A DNA stretch of 64,000 nt from Eledone cirrhosa (taxonomy: Eukaryota). The DNA lies in contig OZ024766.1 in the NCBI GenBank assembly GCA_964016885.1, positions 9,610,001 through 9,674,000 on the forward strand, in the 5' to 3' direction. The position numbers and the translations under genes are program-made. This document shows positions 26,287-38,964 of the stretch, one piece after another; position 1 is the first letter of the stretch; every line of letters begins with the position of its first letter. The notes under the pieces are model-generated. The model ran no database searches, had not been told where the DNA came from, and was given only the letters and a program-made list of their open reading frames with translations.

Positions 26287-26492
26287 TTAACCCTTTAGCA
26301 TTTACATTACTCTATATTTACTATTGTATTTTCGTGGTAAAGGCTTTATCTTACATAATATTGAATCTATGAGATTTTGATGTTGTTCATTTTAAGAACA
26401 ATACCTTAACATCAGTATGAGTGGCCAGTTTGAACAGAAAGAGGTGAGAGAATTCTGGCTGGATATAGCCAACTTAAATGCTAAAGGGTTAA
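26287..26492. mobile_element. piggyBac-type MITE (partial second copy starting at ~43233)
   Basis: TTAA-CCCTTTAGCATTTA ... TAAATGCTAAAGGG-TTAA: 14-bp TIR with CCC/GGG ends and TTAA target duplication. Confidence 0.8.
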
Positions 26493-26895
26493 AGAAATTA
26501 GAAGACATAAAAACATGTTACTGCTTGAATTCAAATATTTTTTGATCGTTTTTTTTTTTTAATTGTTTTTTCTTTTATTTAGCAAGTAACATTATAACAA
26601 TATTTGTACCACTATCACTTGCTCAAGCCTTTCTCCTACTTGCTTCACTCTCATTTTAACAGATTCTTTCAAATTCAATTATATACACACATTCCACTTT
26701 ATATGTCTGATTTATTTGTATTAAGAATGAATAATTATGATGGAGAAGATTATATATATGTGTGTATGTATATATGTATGTATGTGTGTATATATGTATA
26801 TGTGTGTGTATATATGTATGTATATATGGCGAATGAACGTGCGTGATATGCAATAAAGTGTGTACAACTAGTTCTGGACTAAAAGAAACACATGG

Positions 26896-26926
<31 letters not shown>

Positions 26927-28959
26927 GATGTCAGGTCGCTCTTCAGCACTACTGGTAACATGTAACCCAGTACAACCTGTGTGTGGTTGGATCGTTGGTG
27001 ACTAAACCGGCAACCCCACCAAGCTTGCTTAGTGAGAAGGGTAATTTTGGACACCCTGCAGAATGAAAAACAAAACCCATCAAAGGGTGTAGGAACTCGG
27101 GAGAGTCAACGGTCGTCCAATAAAGTTTTTTTTTGTTTTTTTTTTGTGGAGCCAGTGACTCCTAGTCTTCATTAAGATATCTCTCTAGACTCCTAGTCTT
27201 CATTAAACATCTCTCTAGGAGAAGGTCATTCTGATAGAAAACCTGCGACTTTGCTTGTATCCAATGATGTAAACCAGTTCTTTTGGGACAAATGCATTTG
27301 ATGTTCAGAGAGTGGGTTTGGCCCCATGCAAAGCTTTTCCTCACTTAACAAAGCTTCAAGCACAGGCATCCCTTGATATGTGACATTTTTTGCAATGCAT
27401 GGTATTGCTGGCCATAGGCAAGTCCCTAGCAGGACTAAAAAGCCACATCTGTGATGTTCATGTTTAAGTATCAAGCAATGACATTTCTCGAAATCGAGTT
27501 GCAGCCATCATCATGTATGTATGTTTATATGTATGTATACATATGGATCTGTAACTCAATGGAAACATACGGGCTGTTGTCATGGTACATTTATGAGTAC
27601 TAGTCACTTTAAACCTGGAGGAATCCATCCTCTCTCCCGATCTGAATGCAACTGAGTTGTCCTAGAGAGAGAGAGAAGATCTACCACAGTGCTTTTTTTT
27701 TATTGACTGCAAAAGAATGAAAGGCAAAATTGACCTAGGTGGGGCTTGATCTCAGAGCTCAGTGAATCCTGCAAAGAATTCTATCCAACGTTCTAATGAC
27801 TTTGTCAATTCAGTGCCTTGATGGGGAAATTTATACAGGTACTGTATTAGTACTGTAAAGCAAAATACTTATATGAGTAGAATCATGGCTGTGTGGTTAA
27901 GGAGTTAGTCTTGCAACCACATGGTTTGGGTTTCAATATCACTACAACACCTTAGGCAAGTGTTGTCTATCATAATCTCTGTTTGACCAATACAATGTAC
28001 CATATAAACTGAGTAAAAAAAATCAATGGAAAAAGGGAGAAGGAGTTAGTTTATATCCAGGGTCAATATTTTGATGATTTTCACCAACTTCAAATTCCAC
28101 GTAAATATGGTTTAGATTTTTGCCCATTTCTCAGACATAAAATTATGGGGTTGGCTTATATTTGTACCAGCTTATATTTGAGTATAAACAGTAAGTAGAA
28201 TTTGTTAGACAGGAACTGTGCAGAAGCCTATGCCTCTATCTGTGTTTATGTCTATCTTTAAATGTTTATCAGTATTAAAACCATATGTCAAAAAAGGTCA
28301 TTTAATGTAAAAATAAATACTAAATGTAATCGACTAAAAAAGAAATGAAAAAGGCTTTTGAAGGTCCCCAGAATGACCACAGTCCAATGGCTGAAACTAA
28401 TAATTTCTTTTTTTTTTTTAAATAGTTCCAAGTCACTCAAGTAACTAGCAGGTTAACCATTTCTTGTGTATGTATGTATGTATGTATGTATGTATGTATG
28501 TATGTATGTATGTATGTATATATATGTGTGTGTATGTATATATATATATATGTGTATAAATATATGTATGTATGTATAAATGTATACTGATTGATCGTCC
28601 TTGTATCCCATGTCTGATTTAGCCTTAGAGAATGGCTATGTGTATATATGGGTGATCCGTGCATGTATTTATTATGTTTTAATATCTCTGTGTGTGCATT
28701 GGTTGTGTATACATGTGGTTATTCTTTTAAATTTCCAATTGAGTTCTTATACACGTGGTTATTACCTAACAGGTTTAAATGACCAGCGTGTATATTGTTT
28801 TATTTTAAGATGACCTCCCTTTACCCTTTTGGGGACAGCGTGTAATTTTATTTGGGAGGACTGCTGGATTCTAATCTACCAGTCTCTTCTTAGCGCTGAG
28901 GGAGAACATCACCATTCTGTTAATGTCGATATAATTCTTATATCATTATTAATTGGGCA

Positions 28960-29065
28960 TCCACTGATGAGTGTATAAAACTATGGATTATATACAAGTT
29001 TCTACATAACCTGGAAATTATTTATCCCAAATTGTAGAAATCTTATAACGAAACGGCCGTCTGGA
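28960..29065 (+). ncRNA. Type I hammerhead motif with a large branched domain II, family G
   Basis: tcca-CTGATGA-g[79-nt domain II with hairpins gtgtataa/ttatatac and tttctaca/tgtagaaa]c-GAAA-c GGCC g-TC-tgga; canonical GUC triplet. Confidence 0.78.
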
Positions 29066-30183
29066 AGAAATGAGATATTTATTTAATAATGTCACATATA
29101 AAATAATACAACCAATTATCCACGAAATACTGATTAGTTAGCACCCCAAACACTAAATTGGGATAATACTTAAGTATATCCTAATTTTGTTGAGTGAGAT
29201 GGAGTTGGTCGGAGTATCGCTTAAGGCTTTCTCTGTTTATGTATTGAATATATCATCATCATCATCATCGTTTAACGTCCATCTTCCACGCTTGCATGGG
29301 TTTGGACGGGAGTTTTCCCACTTGAGGCAAGAGTGGTTGTCTTGCTCGCATAGGACTGTCTGGCGGGTTTTCTACGGCTGGATGCCCTTCCTAACACCAA
29401 CCACGTTTACAGTGTGGGGCTGGGAGGTTTTTACCGTGTTACCTACACGGCCACATTACAGCGTGGACTGTGTGTTTTTTTTGTCGTGACACCTACACGA
29501 CCTCATTTGTTTCGGACTGGATGTTGTGGTACCAACATAACTTTACATTGAAAGGGGTGGGGGTAGTGGGACGGGGGTATATTTTTGTTAGAGGTGCCTA
29601 CTGACTGTAGTAGGTTTCACTTTGTACTTAGGTAAGGCGGGTCTTCTGTATTACTGTGTAGCGCCAAATATCTCGGTCCAGTGACATTTTCTTGGAGAGG
29701 TATAAGTGTGTGAGGTCGGAATTTATCAAGTCATCCCAGGTTTTTCTGGGTCTGCCTACTCCGTGGCTACCGTCTATTTTTATTGCCCAGCTGTCGTCTT
29801 TCATGCGCATCACGTGACTTTACCAACGTAGTCTTCTCTCGAGTAAACAACATCTGATCCCTCTTATTTCTAATTTTTCCCTTAGTTCGTTTATGCTTTG
29901 CCATTCACGTATATTACTATTACACATCCAGCGGAGCACGCAACTTCGTTTCTCTCCAGTCTGCATATATCCAATGCCCAGGTCTCACTGCCATGTAACA
30001 TTGCTGTTCGTATGCAGGTATCATACAGCCTGCCTTTCATTTTTAGAGAGAACCCTTTAGCGGCTAATAGTGGTATAAGCTCTCTGAACTTTTTCCATCC
30101 AGTTCTGACTCTAGAAAAATATACATATATATATGTATGTATATATATATATGTATGTATATATATATATGTATGTATGTATG

Positions 30184-30224
<41 letters not shown>

Positions 30225-30229
30225 GTATG

Positions 30230-30260
<31 letters not shown>

Positions 30261-30269
30261 GTATATATG

Positions 30270-30317
<48 letters not shown>

Positions 30318-30369
30318 TTTTGAGTTTACCTCAACAACATATGTACTTGTCTATACCATACTAATTCAA

Positions 30370-30424
30370 ACTGCCTGAAGAGGTCATAGCCAAAGATGGC
30401 TGTCACTGAAATATATATAGCAGT
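30370..30424 (+). ncRNA. Type I hammerhead motif, family H
   Basis: actgc-CTGAAGA-(atagcca aaga tggctgt)-GAAA-t ATAT a-TA-gcagt, then AATAAA; element flanked by TA tracts. Confidence 0.8.
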
Positions 30425-30669
30425 AATAAACGAAGCTAAATTTTAATCATTTGACTTTTATTTAACTTTATTTTATATATCATCATCATCATCATCATCA
30501 ACGTTTAACGTCCGTGTTCCACGCTTGCATGGGTTTGGACGGGGGTAGTCCCACTTGAGGCAAGAGTGATTGTCTTGCTCGCATATATATATGTATATAT
30601 ATATGTATATATATATATGTATGTATGTATATGTATGTATGTATATATATGTATGTATATATGTATATG

Positions 30670-30733
<64 letters not shown>

Positions 30734-30765
30734 TGTATGTATATATATATGTATGTATATATATA

Positions 30766-31620
30766 TATCATCTTGGTTAAGAGAGTGGGACTGCCTTTGT
30801 GCAGTGCCTTTGCTCACTATAAAAGCTTCACGGCACAGGCATTGCTTTATATTTGGAGATCTCTCTGCACTTGTCGTCACATGGTACCATGGGCCCAGCA
30901 CTATGTGTCAATAATTGTCACAAGTGTAGTGTTTGTACCAGAGTTTTCAAGTCGCTGGCTGGACTAAAAAGTCACACTCGTTCAGCGCATCGGTAGGGGT
31001 TCTCCTACATAGATATAAAGTAGTGGCAGTACTCGAAAACGAGTTGGCAGCCACCATATATATATGTATGTATGTATATATGTATGTATATGTATGTATA
31101 TATATATGTATGTATGTATGTATGTGTGTGTGTGTGTATGTATGTGTGTGTGTATGTATATATGTATATATATATGAATTCTAGGAGAAGGAAAACTCTG
31201 ATATAACTCCTCCAACCCTGATGGTATCCAATGATGTTGACTTGTTCTTCTTTTTGGTAAATATCATCTTGGTTAAGAGAGTGGGACTGGCTTTGTGCAG
31301 TGCCTTTGCTCACTATAAAAGCTTCACGGCACAGGCATTGCTTTATATCTGGAGATCTCTCTGCACTTGTCGTCACATGGTACCATGGGCCCAGCACTAT
31401 GTGTCAATAATTGTCACAGGTGTAGTGTTTGTACCAGAGTTTTCAAGTCACTGGCTGGACTAAACAGTCACACTCGTTCAGCGCATCGGTAGGGGTTCTC
31501 CTACATGGATATAGAGTAGTGGCCGTACTCGAAAACGAGTTGGCAGCCACCATGTATATGTATGTATATATATATATATGTATGTATATATATATGTATG
31601 TATATATATATATATGTATG

Positions 31621-31708
<88 letters not shown>

Positions 31709-31955
31709 GTATGCATGTAGATGTATGTACGTATATATATGTATGCATGTAGATGTATGTATGCATGTAGATGTATGTACGTATATATATGTATGCATGT
31801 AGATGTATGTACGTATATATATGTATGCATGTAGATGTATGTATGTATGTATGCATGTATATATATATATGTATGCATGTATATATATGTAATGTATATA
31901 TATATATATGTATATAAAGTAGTGGCCGTACTCGAAAACGAGTTGGCAGCCACCA
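30766..31955 (+). mobile_element. Three tandem 3'-end copies of an RTE-like LINE with a C-terminal C2H2 zinc finger, separated by (TA)n
   Basis: [25 protein letters not shown] then 'gtactcgaaaacgagttggcagccaccat'; copies at ~30766-31056, 31178-31553 and 31918-31955. Confidence 0.7.
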
Positions 31956-32050
31956 TATATATATGTATGTATATATATATGTAATGTATATAGATACGTA
32001 TGTATATATATATGTAATGTATATATATATGTAATGTATATATATATGTA

Positions 32051-32095
<45 letters not shown>

Positions 32096-32193
32096 ATGTA
32101 TATATATATATATATATATGTAATGTATATATATATATATAGATATGTAATGTATATATATATATATATATATGTAATGTATATATATATGTA

Positions 32194-32228
<35 letters not shown>

Positions 32229-32259
32229 ATGTATATATATATATATATGTATATATGTA

Positions 32260-32296
<37 letters not shown>

Positions 32297-32670
32297 ATGT
32301 ATATGTATATATATATGTAATGTATATATATATATATGTAATGTATATATATATATATATATAATGTATATATATATGTATGTAATGTATATATATATGT
32401 ATGTAATGTATATATATATGTATGTAATGTATATATATATATATGTAATGTATATATATATATGTAATGTATATATATATATGTAATGTATATATATATA
32501 TGTAATGTATATATATATGTAATGTATATATATGTAATGTATACATATATATGTAATGTATATATATGTATGTATATATATATGTAATGTATATATATAT
32601 ATATGTAATGTATATATATATATATGTATGTATATATATGTGTATGTATGTATATATATATGTATGTATA

Positions 32671-32707
<37 letters not shown>

Positions 32708-32728
32708 GTATATATATATGTATGTATA

Positions 32729-32780
<52 letters not shown>

Positions 32781-32800
32781 AATATATATATATATGTGTG
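31554..32800. repeat. Long (TA)n/(TGTAA)-punctuated microsatellite
   Basis: Direct reading. Confidence 0.95.
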
Positions 32801-32892
32801 TGTAAGCAGTGAATTAATTAATTTGCTGATTATTCAAACAGAACTCAAAACGCTAAGTTCTAGTTGTGAACGTCACTATCTGTAAAACAAGG

Positions 32893-32953
32893 TATTTTAT
32901 CTGATGAGAGCGTACCAAAATACTGGTACCCTTGAAATATATATAATAGAATA
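32893..32953 (+). ncRNA. Type I hammerhead motif, family D variant
   Basis: tattttat-CTGATGA-(gtacca aaatac tggtac)-GAAA-t ATAT a-TA-atagaata; shares 3' flank 'aatatggttttataaatatagtttcc' with the 18.5-kb copies. Confidence 0.8.
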
Positions 32954-33329
32954 AATATGGTTTTATAAATATAGTTTCCGTATATTTAATATTATGATCT
33001 GAGTTCAAATCCCGCCGAGGTTAACTTTGCCTTTCATCCTTACGGGGTCGATAAAATAAAGTACCAGTAATGCACTGGAATAATTGCTGGCCTTGTGCCA
33101 AAAGTAGAAACAATTATTGATATTATATATATATATCATCATCATCATCGTTTAAGGTCTATCTTCCACGCTAGCATGGGTTTATATATGTATGTATATG
33201 TATGTATATATGTATGTCCTACTAATGGTCAAGTTTTCATGCCCCCACCCCCCACCCTATTTTTTTCCTTTGTCCCTTTTGAATTAAGAAATGTATGGGA
33301 TTATATGAAAAGTTATGAATCATCATTCA

Positions 33330-33668
33330 TCATCATCATTTCATTTTACGTCCGCTTTTTCCCTGCTTGCAAGGGTGGGACGGGAACTGATGCTGGCTTG
33401 ATTTCTACGGCTGGATGCCCTTCCTAACACCAACCTCATTTACAGTGAGTGCTGGGTGCTTTTTTGCCGTGGCACCTCCACGACCACTTTGCAGTGGTAT
33501 GATATGGACCCCAGTCCCTATCATCTCATTTCTACAGCTGAGTAAACTGGAGCAATGTGAAATAAAGTGTCTTGCTCAAGGACACAACACATCACCCAGT
33601 CTGAGAATTGAACTCACAACCTTTCGATTGCAAGGCCAATGCTCTAACCACTAAGCCACGTGCCTCCA
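33330..33668 (-). mobile_element. Full-length tRNA-derived SINE with RTE tail (copies 19783-20078, 40351-40685, 43433-43770, 46060-46391; internally deleted 38971-39175, 43966-44170)
   Basis: A/B boxes, 'ccttgagcaagacact' core, 'ttaggaagggcatccagc' middle, tail 'gcaagcagggaaaagcggacgtaaaa(tga)n'. Confidence 0.88.
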
Positions 33669-34304
33669 ATGTAGATTATATTCTTTCTCTGATGTTACAA
33701 ATGTTTTAAATTCTAGCAGCGTTGCAGGGTGTGTTTCAAAAATAATAATAATAAATAAATAAAATAAATTCTAGAACTTTGGGAATAAAATATTCCATTT
33801 TATGCCCTTCCAATTACTAACTCCTAATTTAGACACAAGGCCAGCAAATTTGGGGGGAGGGGCAAAGTTGATAAAAATCAACCCCAGTATATAACTGGTA
33901 CTTTATTTTATTGACCCCGGAAGGATGAAAGGCAAAGTTTGCCTTGGCAGGATTTGAACTCAGAATATGTAAAGAGCCAGAACAAATACCACAATGACAA
34001 TTTGTCAGCTGCTCTACCGATTCTACCAATCCACCATTCTTAAATATTGATTTCTAATTTAGGCACAAGGCCAGCAGATTTAAGGGAAGGGAAAGTTGAT
34101 TAAATCCCCCAGTATTTGACTGGTACTTTATTTTATCGACCTTTGAAGAATGAAAGGTAAATTTTACCTGGGCAAGATTGGAACTCAGATTGTAAAGAGC
34201 CGAAACAAACATAGCTCTGGTATTTTATCTGATACCAATTCTATTGAAAAATTAACTTAAGTACTACTGGTTTATAAAATATCACTGTGTCTTCATGTGT
34301 GAAA

Positions 34305-34504
34305 TTATTGCGTATTCTTTGGGCTGTTTAACATTGGTTGTAGTTCCTTTGTTTCCGGTAATGGGTCAGGTGTTTTGGTCCCTCGATTTTTCTCCCATTT
34401 AGAAACCCTCTCCAAGGGAACACAGATAATACCTGCTACAGCCAGTGCTGCACCTCCCATGTAAAAAGCTGCATCGAAACTTCCTGTGGTATCCGACAAC
34501 CATC
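34305..34504 (-). CDS. SLC16/monocarboxylate transporter, last coding exon
   Basis: Acceptor tttcag|GA; (G)WLSDTTGSFDAAFYMGGAALAVAGIICVPL...TQ*. Confidence 0.88.
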
Positions 34505-34926
34505 CTGAAATAGTGGAGGGGGAAAAAATTAAACTATTAAGAATGATAAAAAGAATAAGATTAACATTATTTGAGTGCATAGCTTGATGATGAAGTGACT
34601 CCAGGTAAGAGACACTTCCCCACATTGAGATCACAGCTTTGTTTTGTTTATAAATGTTTCAGTCTAATATAATCTCATCAGTGAATATAAGATCTGTTTG
34701 TTTTTTTCATGCCAGGAACATTTTAGCATTGATTAATGGATAAAGTTAAAAAAAAGTGGAAGCTTGAACAGCTTGTAGGATGACTACAACTAAAGCTTTT
34801 ACTTTTTCGAACTGATGAGATTCTATTAGACTGAAACATTTATAAACAAAACACTACGTTTTAATTATATATACAGATTGTTTGACCTTCCAATCATTTA
34901 GAAATACATAGAAAACAGTTAGTTAC

Positions 34927-35052
34927 CTGCAAGAGGACTTCCAAAATATGATGAGAGGCCTTGAGCCATTATAATTAAACCAAATGCAATTGTTAAACTT
35001 TCAACTCCCAAAAGTTCAACCATTATTATTGAGCGAAGAGAGATAAAGGCAG
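34927..35052 (-). CDS. SLC16/monocarboxylate transporter, penultimate exon (126 nt; missed by the ORF track)
   Basis: tttttcag|CT...GCAG|gtaact; (A)AFISLRSIIMVELLGVESLTIAFGLIIMAQGLSSYFGSPLA; phases 1-1 fit the neighbouring exons. Confidence 0.9.
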
Positions 35053-35452
35053 CTGAAAAATAAATTAACTCTTAATATCCTGCAATGATTTATTGGAAAA
35101 TATCTAAAAATGAGTTTGTTAATTCAAATGTTTATAGTATCTTTACTAGTGGACAGATGTTAAACTTTGATTTGGGGTGGGGGGGGGGGTGAGGTGGAAG
35201 AAGGTTTAGCCATGTTTCAGTAACATATACATACACACGCACATACAAACACACAAATATACACATACATACACATGCACATACATACACAGAAATATAC
35301 ACATACATACACACAAATATAGACATACATGCACATATACACATACATAGACACACATACATATACATACATACACACACACATACACATACAAATAAAA
35401 TAATATGAAATAAAAACAAAAACAACCAAACAAACAAGTGTGATTTACTTAC

Positions 35453-35722
35453 CGATACATATGCCATAGACAACGCAATAGGTGACTAGAAGTGGGTAAT
35501 TCGTGAAGGAAGGAACGCAAGCTGTTGCTACACCGGAGATTAAAAGGGAACTGTAGTTGATGATGAAACAATTTGACCATTTCTGGTCACTCACCCAACC
35601 AATAATAATACGGAATATTGTGTTTGATATTCCAATGATTGATAAAAGTAAAGCTGAGTCATTTCTGGAGAATTTCAAGCTAAGACCGACAGATGGTAAG
35701 TAAGTATAAGGAATGAAGAAAC
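35453..35722 (-). CDS. SLC16/monocarboxylate transporter, internal exon (270 nt)
   Basis: ttctctttacag|GT...ATCG|gtaagt; (G)FFIPYTYLP...SALLLSIIGISNTIFRIIIGWVSD...YPLLVTYCVVYGICI. Confidence 0.9.
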
Positions 35723-35738
35723 CTGTAAAGAGAATAAA

Positions 35739-37832
35739 TAATATATATATTAATACACTTATACCTACGTACCATACGTCAGACAGTGTATGTCACACTT
35801 TCAGTAATATATATATTAATACACTTATACCTACGTACCATATGTCAGACAGTGTATGTCACACTTTCAGTAATCTATATATTAATACACTTATACCTAC
35901 GTACCATACGTCAGACAGTGTATGTCACACTTTCAGTAATCTATATATTAATACACTTATACCTACGTACCATACGTCAGACAGTGTATGTCACACTTTC
36001 AGTAATATATATATTTATACACTTATACCTACGTACCATACGTCAGACAGTGTATGTCACACTTTCAGTAATATATATATTAATACACTTATACCTACGT
36101 ACCATACGTCAGACAGTGTATGTCACACTTTCAGTAATATATATATTAATACACTTATACCTACATACCATACGTCAGACAGTGTATGTCACACTTTCAG
36201 TAATATATATATTAATACACTTATACCTACGTACCATACATCAGACAGTGTATGTCACACTTTCAGTAATATATATATTAATACACTTATACCTACATAC
36301 CATACGTCAGACAGTGTATGTCACACTTTCAGTAATATATATATTAATACACTTATACCTACGTACCATACGGCAGACAGTGTATGTCACACTTTCAGTA
36401 ATATATATATTAATACACTTATACCTACATACCATACGTCAGACAGTGTATGTCACACTTTCAGTAATATATATATTAATACACTTATACCTACGTACCA
36501 TACGTCAGACAGTGTATGTCACACTTTCAGTAATATATATATTAATACACTTATACCTACATACCATACGTCAGACAGTGTATGTCACACTTTCAGTAAT
36601 ATATATATTAATACACTTATACCTACGTACCATATGTCAGACAGTGTATGTCACACTTTCAGTAATATATATATTAATACACTTATACCTACGTACCATA
36701 TGTCAGACAGTGTATGTCACACTTTCAGTAATATATATATTAATACACTTATACCTACGTACCATATGTCAGACAGTGTATGTCACACTTTCAGTAATAT
36801 ATATATTAATACACTTATACCTACGTACCATACGTCAGACAGTGTATGTCACACTTTCAGTAATATATATATTAATACACTTATACCTACGTACCATACG
36901 TCAGACAGTGTATGTCACACTTTCAGTAATATATATATTAATACACTTATACCTACGTACCATACGTCAGACAGTGTATGTCACACTTTCAGTAATATAT
37001 ATATTAATACACTTATACCTACGTACCATACGTCAGACAGTGTATGTCACACTTTCAGTAATATATATATTAATACACTTATACCTACGTACCATACGTC
37101 AGACAGTGTATGTCACACTTTCAGTAATATATATATTAATACACTTATACCTACGTACCATACGTCAGACAGTGTATGTCACACTTTCAGTAATATATAT
37201 ATTAATACACTTATACCTACATACCATACGTCAGACAGTGTATGTCACACTTTCAGTAATATATATATTAATACACTTATACCTACGTACCATACGTCAG
37301 ACAGTGTATGTCACACTTTCAGTAATATATATATTAATACACTTATACCTACGTACCATACGTCAGACAGTGTATGTCACACTTTCAGTAATATATATAT
37401 TAATACACTTATACCTACGTACCATACGTCAGACAGTGTATGTCACACTTTCAGTAATATATATATTAATACACTTATACCTACGTACCATACGTCAGAC
37501 AGTGTATGTCACACTTTCAGTAATATATATATTAATACACTTATACCTACATACCATACGTCAGACAGTGTATGTCACACTTTCAGTAATATATATATTA
37601 ATACACTTATACCTACGTACCATACATCAGACAGTGTATGTCACACTTTCAGTAATATATATATTAATACACTTATACCTACGTACCATACGTCAGACAG
37701 TGTATGTCACACTTTCAGTAATATATATATTAATACACTTATACCTACGTACCATACGTCAGACAGTGTATGTCACACTTTCAGTAATATATATATTAAT
37801 ACACTTATACCTACGTACCATACGTCAGACAG
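35739..37832. repeat. 66-bp tandem satellite, ~31 near-identical copies
   Basis: Period 66 (35791, 35857...); gives the spurious 734- and 726-aa ORFs. Confidence 0.96.
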
Positions 37833-37834
37833 AC

Positions 37835-37884
<50 letters not shown>

Positions 37885-38038
37885 TGTTATACTTTGGGAG
37901 GGTCATGTTGCCAATAAGAAACACACACACCAGTTGCTTTCACTTCAATTTATTATATATTTATAAATTTACAAATCCACAAACTTATAAATTTCTGGTT
38001 GGTTGGTTGGTTCCACAACCAGATAGTTGTTTATATAT

Positions 38039-38083
38039 AGTCATAGTCCTTTCGTCACACACTCTGTGACCTCTTCAGTGACT
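38039..38083 (-). ncRNA. Type I hammerhead motif, family B (partial inverted copy 38299-38338, +)
   Basis: Identical to 14861-14905; lies within a ~420-bp element duplicated at ~14695-15110 and 37882-38298. Confidence 0.8.
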
Positions 38084-38390
38084 GGGGATTCCTTTCTTTG
38101 TTTCTGTGCCTTTCCTTTCTTCTGTCCTACGCCATTTTGTTTCTGTGTGTGTGTTGTGTGCTCAGTCTGCGCATGCGCCACATCCGGGTGTCTGTGTGTG
38201 TTTGTGTTCATTTATCTATTTGTTTATTTATTTATTTATTTATTTACATGTTGTTGGTTGGTTGTTTGTTCTATGTGTGTGTGTGTTTTCATTTTGTCCT
38301 GAAGAGGTCACAGAGTGTGTGACGAAAGGACTATGACTATATATAAACAACTATCTGGTTGTGGCCTCAGGTCACAGAGTATGTATAACA

Positions 38391-38430
<40 letters not shown>

Positions 38431-38583
38431 GTGGGAAAGTGAAAAATCGGAGAATAGACCGTTAAAACATGTTTATTGAAAATATCACATATATATATAT
38501 ATATATATACAGAGAGAGAGAGAGATGTTGATTTAAAACTTCACTACTCACAAGTGTTTTTTAAGCTTCATATCATATATCCC

Positions 38584-38654
38584 TATTTTATCTGATGAGA
38601 ACGCAGATATCATCCCATGATGATATTTGTTTTTGAAATGCGCATAATAAAATA
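38584..38654 (+). ncRNA. Type I hammerhead motif, family A
   Basis: tattttat-CTGATGA-(gcagatatcatc cca tgatgatatttgt)-GAAA-tGCGCa-TA-ataaaata. Confidence 0.83.
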
Positions 38655-38933
38655 CTTGGAACTCTTTTAACCATCTTTTGATCTTATATTATATAAAAGT
38701 AGAAACAATTATTATTATTATTATTATCAAATCCCGCTATGGTTAACTTTGCCTTTCATCCTTACGGGGTCGATAAAATAAAGTACCAGTAATACTCCGG
38801 CTGTTGGAGTTAGGGTCGGGGTTCTGACTCTTTTCCTATTACCCACTCTACTACCATAAGTATTGAGTACTCTGGTGCTTTATGGTCCATCTGGTTTCTT
38901 GCCACACTTTCTTTGTATATATATATATATGCG

Positions 38934-38964
<31 letters not shown>

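Noticed and set aside
35713-37966. 734-aa and 726-aa ORFs
   Set aside because: Read-through of a 66-bp (multiple of 3) satellite in two frames; it sits on the intron side of an SLC16 acceptor
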